Positions 49,381 through 60,800 of a DNA stretch of 64,000 nucleotides are shown here, piece by piece. The position numbers were made by a program, and so were the translations under genes. The notes under the pieces were generated by a model, which saw nothing but the letters and a program-made list of their open reading frames with translations, was not told where the DNA came from and searched no databases. Within the stretch, counting starts at the first letter, position 1, and each line of letters begins with the position of its first letter. The DNA comes from Antedon mediterranea (taxonomy: Eukaryota > Animalia > Echinodermata). The stretch lies in contig NC_092675.1 in the NCBI RefSeq assembly GCF_964355755.1, forward strand, positions 4,645,812-4,709,811, read 5' to 3'.

Positions 49381-50390
49381 ATCAGACATGCAGTGTATTT
49401 TGCAAGTATGACGTCATGAGCTCAGGCATGCATCATGAATATTCATAATATATGCACACCCTCTATTGTTTCTGCCTTAACCTAGTAGGAAAAAAAATAA
49501 TGCTTCCCGGCCGGTCGTGTACAAATGAACCCGCTAACGTGTAATTTGGTGTATCTTTGATTAAATACATCATATGTTCCAACCCTCCCGTTTTATTCGG
49601 GAGTCTCCCGAATTTTAACATCACCTCCCGATTTCACACATATTTCTATAAAATTCAGTATTGTAATAAATTAGGGCGTCGATCGTGCGTACCACAAATG
49701 ATACAAAATTCGCAGCAATAATTGTTATTCTTAATACTTAAAAAAATAGAAATTCCTAATTAGTTGAAAAATTGTAACTCTCTCTAAATTTATTTCTTTG
49801 ATATTAAACTCAATTTATTATAGCATATTCTTTGTATTGCCTAGTTCAAAGTTAATATTTGTAATTTTTATTAAAAATTGCGCACTCTTCTCTCTCTGTA
49901 CAATGTTCTGGAAAATTCCATCAGCCCCTCATACACAAACAAAGGAGGGGCGGTTCACTTTTGCAAATATTGTAATACACATAACTTATATTTACAGGCC
50001 TAATACAGGCCGTTTATGTTAAAATCTACAAACGAATTTTGAAGTTTACTTAAGATTATCATGATTTATTTTTAAATGTATTATGTGTTTTGTTTTACAT
50101 TTACAGAGAATGCCCATGTGAAATTGGAATCGTCCATTTTTTTTATTTAGAAACCATTTTACATTTCTAGTTGCATACGCATTTAAAATAGTTCTGAAAA
50201 TATTTATTTAAAAATATAGTAATTAAACCATATTTCGATAAAAATAAACTTTGAATAAAATAGAAATTTATTGAATATTTCAAAATAATCTATTATTCAT
50301 ATTCAATTGTGTTATTTATATCACAAAACTCTCACTCATATTTTCATTTTGTGCTGCGGTCAACTTCCGCCAATTTGTCTACACAACAGC

Positions 50391-50435
50391 TCTATAAAAA
50401 CGTATTGTGACCTTTCTTTTTCCTTCTTGTGTCAG
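50391..50435 (+). promoter_or_regulatory. Putative cyclophilin core promoter: TATA box and polypyrimidine initiator
   Basis: tataaaaa at 50393-400, followed by cctttctttttccttctt (50411-28). A possible short 5'-UTR intron runs cag|gttgcc...ttttatcag before the ATG at 50533. Confidence 0.55.
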
Positions 50436-50532
50436 GTTGCCGCCGCCCAACTAAAGTTTTCGCTTAAAACCCACGTGGTTTCAATTCAAAATTGCCTTTT
50501 CTAATTGCATTCGTCGTTGTTTTATCAGCAGA

Positions 50533-53180
50533 ATGAGTAAACCAAGGGTTTTTTTCGATATTACTGCCGATGGAGCACCACTTGGTAAAATTATCATGGA
50601 GGTAACTAACTATCTTTTCGTCTGCAATTCTTTTGTCCCTGACGGCCCGGCAAAAAAAAAACCGGGTGTCGATATGTCGATTTGTTGCCGGGCGGCGCTA
50701 GCTAGATAGGGCCAGGCTAGTAGCTAGGCCCCCTAGTAGTGGCACCTGTTTTTATTTCCACTTCCTTTCGACTCCAATCGTAACTTATTGTGAATACCAC
50801 ATTAAAGTACTTTTATGAAGAAGAATCACATAACATAAATAGGCTAACCTTACCTTACCTTGAAGCCCTTCGGGCGCTACTGCAGTTTCGCACCACACTG
50901 TTATATCTTCGATTTCTTGCTTAATTTTTTTTTAGCCACCGTTATATTACCTTTATCACAATAAAAAATGCCTTTCAAAACAGCTTTTTTTCCGCGAATA
51001 CTTTGATCGAACTGTGGCCATTTTAGAATCAGAAAATTGCCAGAAATCAATGAATGTTTTATTTTCTGTTTTTATTTTTAAACTGCAAAGAGTGGTGGTT
51101 TTGTATAAAGAACCAGCTGAACATATCAAAACGGCGACGATACAAGTCCGTACATAAAACATTGATAGGAACTAGGCCTATTAATAATATGAATAATAAT
51201 ACTAATAATGAGATATTAATTTAACCTCTATTTCGCCAGCTGAAAACATTTCTTGCCTTTCAAAACTAAATAGGCATAGGCCTATATATGTGTAATCGGA
51301 TTTTATAACACTGCCCTCTATAGTTTCTATATTTTTGGGGTGAAAATGAAGCATACATTCTGGCAATTAAGTGATAAATATAAGATGGCGAACATTTCGC
51401 AGTGTGTTGACAGCGAGTTCAGTATTGTTTTGATGTTTTGAAAAGTATTGTTATTTAAAAAAAATTACTTCGTAAGTGGTCGAAACGTATAAACATGTTA
51501 CATAATATTATGTTGTAAGTGTGAAAAAGGAAAGTTTAGGTGAGAAATCGAAGATACAACTGTGTGGTGCGAAACTGCAGTAGCGCCGAACTTCGGACAT
51601 TGAGAACTAGGCCTAGGCCTAGCTCATTTACCTAGGCTTAGTAGGGCCTAGGCTAGGCCTAAATCCTTTAAATTGATGATTTTACAGACGTGTTTCTCGC
51701 GTATTGTATAGGCAGGCCTACTACTATACTAGCCTAATGCTAAGCCTACTAGCCTAGGGCCTACCCGACCGTTCGCGAATTTCGCCTAGGCCTAGCCTAC
51801 ACGAAGTTCAATATTTTCTTTTCTATGGAGCGCCAAAAGAGCAACTAGGCCTGGCTTAGTTTAGGCCCTACCTAGGTTAAAACATCAGTGAAATCCGTCT
51901 ACTTTTAATGCATCTATTAGATAATTAGTATTAATATATTGAAATAACTTTAATTTCAATATATTTTGTCAATAAAAATTGATGTAACTTACTGCCGATA
52001 ATGCGCTGTTTCCAAAGAATATCCACCGACCCTAAATCCACTGAGCCCCCCTCCCCTCTGGAAAGATGGTACGTCACATAACTGACTTTGTAGCCCTCTA
52101 TTATAGTTGCTCTTTTGGTGCTCCATAGAAATGAAAATATTTAACCGCCTACTACCAGGCCTGTACTAGGTCTACTACAGGCCTACAGTTTATTCTAGGA
52201 CTATAATAATATAATATATAATTTATTTTTATAGTTGAGAGCTGATGTTGTACCTAAAACAGCTGGTAAGTACCTGTTGGTTTTTCATTCCAATAATATC
52301 GTAATTTGCTATTACAAAGAAAGCACATTCAAAATTTCATATCCTTGCAGAAAATTTCCGTGCTCTGTGTACTGGAGAGAAGGGTTTCGGTTATAAGGGA
52401 AGCTCATTCCATAGAGTTATCACAGACTTCATGTGTCAAGGAGGTGATTTTACACGTGGCAATGGAACAGGAGGCAAGAGCATTTATGGAGAGAAGTTTG
52501 CAGATGAAAACTTCACTTTGAAGCACACTGGGCCAGGTACACCAATTTTTATCCCACCATAATTCAATTAGAATAATAGATTGCTTAATGTGATGCCAAA
52601 TTAATAGTAAATACACAATTTTCATACTACAGAAGCCATCTTGCATAGATGATGAACGTTGTGGCCTGCCAAGCATAAAAAATAAAGTAACAGCATTTTC
52701 AGGGGATTTCTGGACACCATGTTAATTTAAAAAGTGCAATATAAAAAAAATACTTTTTCCATATTAATTACAGGGTATTATATTGTTTGAATATGTTTCT
52801 GTACAAATACAGTAAAAACCATTTAAAATGAGTTGTTAAAATTACCCATTGATATTTTTCTATTTTGTAGGTATTTTGTCAATGGCAAATGCAGGTGCAA
52901 ACACCAATGGATCACAGTTCTTCCTGTGCACAGTGAAAACTACCTGGTAAGGCAGGCATTAGAGCATAGCACATTTGAAAAAGTAGTTAAAATGATCCAT
53001 TTTGGTATGACCATATACAAAATTTATTACAATAATTTTTTTAGGCTTGATGGCAAGCATGTTGTATTTGGAAGTGTGGTTGAAGGCCTGGACGTAGTCA
53101 AGAAGGTTGAATCATACGGATCTCAAAGCGGAAAAACCAGCAAGAAGATTGTCATTGCAGATTCCGGACAGTTACAGTAA
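50533..53180 (+). CDS. PPIA: Peptidyl-prolyl cis-trans isomerase, cyclophilin A type, 5 coding exons, 165 aa
   Basis: Exons 50533-50601, 52235-52265, 52351-52536, 52871-52946, 53045-53180 (498 nt). [135 protein letters not shown]... Confidence 0.97.
50873..51588. mobile_element. TIR element (about 715 bp) in cyclophilin intron 1
   Basis: ggcgctactgcagtttcgcaccacac.gtt.tatcttcgatttct is mirrored at about 51543-51588; TSD not clearly resolved. Confidence 0.8.
51811..52141. mobile_element. MITE-like inverted repeat (about 330 bp) in cyclophilin intron 1
   Basis: aatattttc.tttctatggagc.ccaaaagagcaacta is mirrored by tagttgctcttttggtgctccatagaaatgaaaatatt. Confidence 0.75.
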
Positions 53181-53661
53181 TAGTGTTACAATCAATGGAA
53201 TTAATGTTTTGTAAAGATAGTTTTGTACCGTTCCGAAATTAAATTTTTAAGTAGCATTTTTATTTCGGTGCCAAACATTGGACCAAACTAAAATATGAAC
53301 ATTCAATTATTGCTTTTAGTTGCATTTGTTATAAAATGTTAGGTTGCATATCCTACTTCACATGACCGTTATAATGAATATATAATCTGTAATATGTAGA
53401 CAGTTAAACTGTTAAATTATGTCTGGACAATTTTGCCCGAAGTGCACAAACTGAGTATCATTAAAATAAATCTACCATGATAGAACAAAATGTGTTTTTT
53501 TATTCCAAAAGCAGACTTCAGATATAAATTGCATTGTGGAATGAAAATGATTTTCATTGACAACTAGAATAGGAAAGTTCTTTATTCCACAAACATTAAC
53601 ACTGGTGTAGGGTGTTTCCTCTCTCGCAAACACTAACACTGGTGTAGGATGTTTGCTCTCT

Positions 53662-53757
53662 CTCTGGAGGCCTCGGGCGTGGTTAAACATATTTTAATGC
53701 CTGTTTTTTCCCTCTGGACAATGCTGAGGGGGACCTGAGTTTAGCCAGTGAGCGCAC
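53662..53757 (-). mobile_element. Diverged fragment of the same family as the 27893-28286 MITE, single repeat unit
   Basis: ctggaggcctc, attttaatgcctgttttttcc.tctgg and gttta.ccagtgagcgc match the reverse complement of 28155-28245. Confidence 0.75.
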
Positions 53758-55669
53758 TTCAACCTATTCTGTGAATATAACTTTGAGAGATAATTCCATG
53801 ATGCTGCAACGGGGAACATTACAAGAATTGGTTCGATCACACTGTCCACCACTTGCAGATTTTTCTTCTGTGTAAGGTGTCATTTCTGGGCCAACTAGAC
53901 TAGTGAGAGGTGCCATGTTATGAATTTTTATGTGCGAGAGTAACATTTCCGACCATCTACCTAAAATTACTTGGCCACAGGCCTCCTATAGTGGGCTCAA
54001 ATATTTGGTGTCCGACGACCCTTCCCCCCTCTATTTGATAAAAATCAAGGATACACCCCTGACCCGCCACATAAAAATCGTTCCTTGCCCCTGTCTGTAC
54101 TATTACACGTTTAGAGTTGAAACAATACGTCCCATTGTTTCATAGAATAGGGACGTCCCTGAATAGCATAGTAATATATTTTACCGTTTAGCGGGAAGGT
54201 GTCTCCTCCCCCCCCCCCCCCCCCCACCCAGAATATCAACTGTATGTATGGGTAAGGTGGGATTACAGAGAAAAATAGAGCCATTGGAAAAACAATTTTT
54301 GTTGCATATTTTATATTTAATTCTATTGCTTGCATACTTACACACCTATCTGATTCAGCTGAACACCATCTCTAATATTTTTATTTTGGTTATGTAACCT
54401 CTGCTTTACAAAAATATACAAAGATTAAATACAATTCTATATTTCACTCTACATTAATATATATAGATATAATATAAAATTTTTTTTTTTTCAAACAATA
54501 ATTATATACAGTAGTTTAAAACAACTGAAAATCAGTTGTATATTTATTTAACTTTACAATCGTATGTACAAAATCATAAATACACTATATTTTGCATTAT
54601 TTCAGTAAGATTAAATTAGCACATGCTTAAATCAAGCACCTACTGTAGATTACTGGTCACTGTACAAACACCTTTATATTTTAGAAAACAATGGTGTGTA
54701 GAATAATACCTCGCTATTGCTATAGTACTTACATCAACTAATGTATGTATGTGTGTACGAGCTGTTAATTAAATATTAAAATTAAATTTAAGAAAATAAT
54801 GCATGCTTAAAAATATTCCACTCTTTCTGACATTAGTGAGCTTTCGATTTGCGACGACCGGCCGACCAAACGACGTCATGTTAGTACATTGTGCGCATAC
54901 AGGAATGTTGGGACGCGTGTCCTCGCTCCTCACCGTTTGATGCTTTCTAGGACCAGACGATAACTGAAGACACTTCAATTGACCTGATCTAGGCTGGGCC
55001 TTGGTCGCAACAAATAACAAACTCCCTATAAGCCACTGACTGGTGTGCAATTCTTGCTCTATAAATCAAAATACTGTACGTTTTCTACCCTTGCAATCTG
55101 CACCATGTATTTTGAAAACCTGAGTTAGAAACCTAATACTAGTGAAGCTGTGTTAAAATATACCATCATTGGCATAAATAAAACTCTAATATAATACCAG
55201 AATAAATAGAATTAACAGCAATAGATACATTATTTGTTGATGGATCATAAAAACGGATCATAAAATAATAATTACATTAAAGTTTTAAAAAAGTATGGTG
55301 TAATTATCTCTTTAATGTGTGTATTTTTCATAATGAAAAATTATATAACCTCAAATTTCATAGAAAATGACGCCATGGGAGTTTAGGTTGCATTTTGGTC
55401 CAGCACACCCTTCTTAACCCATCCAATGTTTTATTCAGAATAAAGATGTATTTTTATTTCAACTAAATAAATAAATGTTCTGCTCAACTCGAGATCCTTT
55501 ATACAAATTTACATATTTACTTTCATAATACATAGAATACAATTTTTTAAAGAGATTTGTTTATTAGTTTTTATTAGACATTGTCATAATCTATTAAGTA
55601 CCTCTTAATTTTTATTTGTCCAGCTAATTGTATTTAGACATTTGCTGCAATTTTAAATACTATGACTCG

Positions 55670-55810
55670 GCATAAACTTGGTGGTATAGAGTTAAGAACA
55701 CCAGGATAATGACTGGAGGTAGAATGTTCGAATCCCACTCAAGAATCACTTGTAAATTTGACTTATGCTGAGCTCCGGAGTAAAAAGGGTTTATCTGTGG
55801 CTGCGACATG
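55670..55810 (+). mobile_element. Degenerate tRNA-derived SINE head
   Basis: A-box-like tggtatagagttaag and B-box gttcgaatcc at a suitable spacing; no intact cloverleaf. Confidence 0.45.
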
Positions 55811-56249
55811 ATCAGTTCAACGACACTGCACACCACCGATAATATGTACATAGTACAGTACTGTTGGTATTTTTTACAGCCAGACATACGATCAAAGGAC
55901 TGTTCCTATCTTGGCAAGGCAAGCTCAGTGTCCTGTTGTTAGATTTCCTTGTGGAGACATACATCATGTAGACAAATATTTAAATTCCTGTCTTTATGTT
56001 ATACATGGTAATTTATCATAGCACCATTGTTAATGTGAAGTTCTTTTGTCATGTATGTACTGAACCATCACCACCTTAGCACCAACACAAATAAGGTCAT
56101 GGCTGAAGTAATACTATGTCAAAGTCTCTTCTAACTTCTTCTGCCACTTAATTCCTACAAAGAAAATTAAATACAATAAATGTGATTCTGCTAAGACTCA
56201 GAGTGTTAAAAGAGTCACTATCGAATTGAATTTGAACAATACTTTGAAA

Positions 56250-56316
56250 GCCCTAGTTATCTAATGGTTAGGACATTATCAAGCTGAAGGTTCCGAGTTT
56301 GAATCTCGGTTGGGGG
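56250..56316 (+). pseudogene. tRNA-like relic (tRNA pseudogene or SINE head)
   Basis: gccctagttatctaatggttagga...ccgagtttgaatctcggttgggg: D-arm-like and T-arm-like parts are present, the anticodon arm is disrupted. Confidence 0.5.
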
Positions 56317-56918
56317 AACTTTTTCTCATTCTTACAGAATTCATCATCTTTATTATTCTGTATATCACCAGACCGTTTAGAATTTGTTCTCTGATATTTG
56401 TCATGTGATATATTCAAATTTCTAGATTGGCAAGAAAGTGGGGATGCACAGAAAAATATTGAAGCGTATAGTATAAAGAATGCAACACGCATTACCTTAT
56501 ATAATTTAACATAATTATTATTATATTACTGCAGTCATTTCTGTACAGTTACTGGAATAAATGTTTACAGTCCCTTGAGCATTGTATTAGTAAACTACAA
56601 ACCTGTCATGCAGAACTACAAATCTAGATGTTATGTCAGTATATTAGACTCTTGTATTCCACAAAAATCATTATGCAATTGCCATAGACCATCGTAATGA
56701 AAACGCAGAGCGTAATCCTCATTCAAATAGTCAAGGGTGGCTTGACAAAAGTCTAAATAATCGGACCAGTCGTCATTACAGTCATCAACACTAAAGGAAT
56801 AGTAATGTTTGCAGTGAAAGATAAGACTACAGCTACAGTATCAGATTCATGCAAGATAAAAAATGCTTTGTTAGCTATTATAAAGTTAATTTAAGCATGC
56901 AGTTGTATTTCATGTTAA

Positions 56919-57373
56919 AGCTCAGGTGCAGGCATGAATTTTAAATATAATATTTGGTTAATTGTACATAATCAAATTTTGTAACAGAAATCAAGACGAA
57001 AAAACATGAATTTCCCTTAATATGGTCAAATGCAAAATTTGGCAAAATTTTTCCATAAGAACCAGGAAGACTTTTTTTCAGTAGTTAGGTAGTTAACATA
57101 ATGTAATAAGATGTCTGGTGACTCCCTTGAAGGTGAAAAAAGATGGTGGATAGTTTTCATAGCTTTTTAAAATGCCTCTCTATTTACAAAAATTGTGTAC
57201 AAAAGAAAAGAGATTTTACTGTGTAATTTGAACTACTGATAAGAAAGTGCTTATTTTCAACAAGCTGGTGTAACAAAAATAAAATTCCAAAAATTATGAA
57301 ACATAAGGGAAACTATAGATCGATAATCATTGGAATGTATAATCAATAGAAATTGTTTGCCTGCACCTAGCCT
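56919..57373. mobile_element. Kolobok-like MITE; a left-end fragment of the same family lies at about 39067-39175
   Basis: ttaa|agctcaggtgcaggca ... tgcctgcacctagcct|ttaa; the first about 105 nt align with 39067-39175. Confidence 0.75.
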
Positions 57374-57805
57374 TTAAGATTAAATTGCACAAGATAATTA
57401 TCATTTTAATTTTATTCGCAAAACGGGATGTAGTGGGTTTGATTACATTGGTTGATTAAACTAAAAGGGGTTAGGGGTACATTATGTTAAACAGCAATAA
57501 CATTTACACTATTAGTTTTATGCAAGGAAAGCTATCCGATGTGGTATACAAACACATAGAATACAGATCATAACATTTGTGCATCATTTTTAGCATGCAT
57601 TTTTTAGATGAGCATCTTTTTAAGGTTTCTTACATTATATTTTTGGGTGAAGTAGAATACAAGATTAAATCTTTTTAATATACCTATTACTTTTAATTGA
57701 GCACTAGTAAGATTACTTTTACTTGCTTTTAATAAGCTAAAACTACAGATTTAAGAAAGGCTTTCATGCAACATTCATTCAAATCAGAATCATAGGCCTA
57801 CTCAC

Positions 57806-60800
57806 TTGGACATTCTAAGAAAATTGGTAATACTATCAGTTTTCTTGGAAAACCATCCACTTTTTGATCCTTCACCCTTCCTTTCAACACTTGGAGATTT
57901 TTCTCTATTACTTGTTCGGTCAACAGACTGAGTTCTCTCAAGCAGATCTGGCCTACGATGTTTCATATATTGCTCTTTTGTCAAATTTGAACCATCAACT
58001 GATGTTGATCGCTTCACAAGCTCTAAGAATGGAAGTCTATCGGCTCTACGGAGACGGGACCTGTTAGAAGGCCTATCAATTCTGGATCTTCTTCCTTGGG
58101 GTTCGTTTGTTTCTGTACTACCATCTTTGGAATCTGCACTTCCCTTACGATGTATTTCTTCACCTTCTGCTCCTTTTGAAGACTGACCTTTTTCTTTAGG
58201 ATTCTTAGATTCACGACTTTTAGAGAATAAAGAATCTGTAGAACCATTTGAACGTTGCTTAGAACTGGAACGTTGTTTAGAACTTGATCGTTTTTTTCCC
58301 TTACCAGAATTCTGTGATTGTTTGGAATCGGCTTTAGCATCTTCTCTGTGCTTTCCAGTAAACGACCATCTCTTATTTGTGACACCTTCTGCTGAATCTT
58401 TTGAAGACTTTCTTTCTTTGATTGGCTTTTGCTTGGATGATTTACCATCAGTTGGTTCTATTTTTGAGGTAGATGCATTGCGTTCTCGCACACGCCTTTC
58501 GGATTTTGTTTCTTTACTTGATTTTTGAACGTCTTGCTTTGACTTTGATTCCTTTCTTTCAACTTTTGAATTTTTCTTTTGTCTTTTTTCAATAGTTGCT
58601 TCTACAGCATTTTCATTAATTGCTTGACTGTTGTTGTTATTGGTATTTAAATGTGATTGGTTATTATTACTTTCCTTTGCTTGTGAATTGGTCTTTTCTT
58701 GTGTAGTAAGCTTCGCCTGTGAACTTTGCTTACGTTGCCTGGTTCGTTGCACACCAACTTTGGTTTTCTCTTCACCAGATGCCATTTGAGATACTTCCAA
58801 AATTGTCCTTTTAGGTGAAACCTTCTTAGGTGATGGAGAAGATACCTTTTCAGATGAACTTAATGATTTCTCAGATCCAGTTGATGCCCTTTTATCGGTT
58901 AATGAGGGTGTTGGTGAAACAATTGATGATTTAGTTTCGCAATCTTCCTCCTCTTTACCGCCAACAAGACCCAATGTATTGAGTTTATTAATTTCATTGG
59001 CAATAGTTCTTGGTGGTGATGGCTTGCTAATGAACCCTTCCTTTTCAAATAGTTGTTTTCTATCAGAAACACTACTGCAGCGTTTAGAACGTTTAATCGG
59101 TGATGAATTATTATTGTTTTGATTGTCAATCTTCTTTCCTTGCCCTGTTCGTTTGTTAACAGTGAATGTAACACTCTCCTCTGTTTTGGTGACCGGCTTA
59201 ACATTTACATTAAAAGGTTGCGGGGATTTTTTATCACTACTACCGAGATTCCCATTTATCTTTTTATCTTTTTCAGAATTAGAGCTATCGACAGAAACTG
59301 TGTATGTAAATACAGATCCATTTCTTCTTGATTTTTTATCTTCTGCATTATTAGATAAAGTATTATGAGATTTTCTTCTTGAAATAACTGGTTTTGGGGA
59401 AGGAGATGGTTTTGGCTTCTCTTGTTTATCTGGTTTCTGGTCTTGATTTTTTACTGCAAGGTCAGGAGAAGATTTTCTATGTGAATCACTTGTTTGCATT
59501 AGCTGTCCATATTCAGTAGATCTAGGATCAGATTTTGGTCGTTCAAAATGATCCTCATCGAATGAATTCTCAGTTGTTCGACTTTTCAAACGACGAATGT
59601 GAGTAGCAACGGTTGAGCTGTAGCTAGTTACTGGGATTGAACTGCAAGATGATGCTGGCGATAAACTTTGTGGAGTCCCACCAGCTTTAGTTTCATCAAG
59701 ACTACCCAATGAGAACGCTTGACTCAATTGTTTAACGCAGCCTACTTTTGGAAGCTCTCGTTTTGTCCTGTACGAACGTGGTTTTAATGAATTAGTCGAT
59801 GGCGGTGTTTCTGTAATATTTATAACAACACGATTTTCCATAAATTTTTGCTTTAAATTCTGTACTTGGTTTTCGGTTTGATTAGGAGTGTGATCCCCTA
59901 CTGTTTTAGTCGGTGTACTATCCATTGATAGTTTGGATAAACTTTCAAATGAGTCGCGTCGTTTGCTGAACATTGGGTCTTTTCTTATTGGAGTGCTTTG
60001 AATGTCATCAGAGGTGGCCCTTCTGGCAACAATTTTCCCATTAAATCTCTCTGTAGCTTTTGTAGCAAAGGTTTCTTGAGCTCTTCTTTTTTCAGCATTA
60101 TTTTTCAGTAATCGTTTTATGGACTCTCTCTTTTCCAGGCTTAACCTCTTGTCTGGAATTTCTGGTTTCTGTCGAACTAGATCATTTTGAGCGGCAGCAA
60201 CATTTTTACCAATATCAACTTTCTGACTTTGAGGACCTTTGGCTAATTTCACAAGTTCTATTTGAGGCTCAATTTTGGTAAGCCTAGAAGGAGAAAGGGG
60301 TGCCTCATTCTTATCTTCAGAATCTTTCTCTTGAATATTCTTAGAAGGCTCTTTCACAATTTCATTTTTCACAGATTGTGATTGTCTGATGCTTTCAGGT
60401 TTACCAGATGGTTGTGTACCATGGGGTTGACAGGAACTCTTAGATATAATATACTGAGCGATTGGAATGGCTGTTTTATCTTGTTTTCCTGATGTCTGAA
60501 AAAATGTTTTAAATAAATAATTTTCAATACAATAGACTATTTGATATATTAAGAGTTAAAATATAGATTTAAACAAAGCTAATATAGTGTTTAACTGTGA
60601 CACCATGTAATATGGTAGCGTACAGTAGCTGACAACGGATAAGTTTCATAAATTGATTTTGTGATAAAATACATCTGATAGGACTTGAACCTGCGACCTC
60701 TTGCCACAAGGCGAGTTCATGTTTAAATAATTAGTCAATACCTATTGGATACATTGTATCACACAATGGATTTTCATCCGCAAATAGATCTTGCCAGATA

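Noticed and set aside
54769-55050. 93-aa ORF as a separate gene
   Set aside because: No recognisable motif and its phase does not join the upstream giant exon; it may be UTR or a non-coding exon and is unresolved.
56250-56316. Functional tRNA genes (also tRNA-like bits at about 25520-25580, 55680-55745, 60675-60715)
   Set aside because: Only A/B-box remnants; a complete cloverleaf with an anticodon arm cannot be built.
57864-59368. Several antisense or alternative-frame ORFs overlapping the giant exon
   Set aside because: Shadow ORFs of a low-complexity coding exon; no independent splice or motif support.
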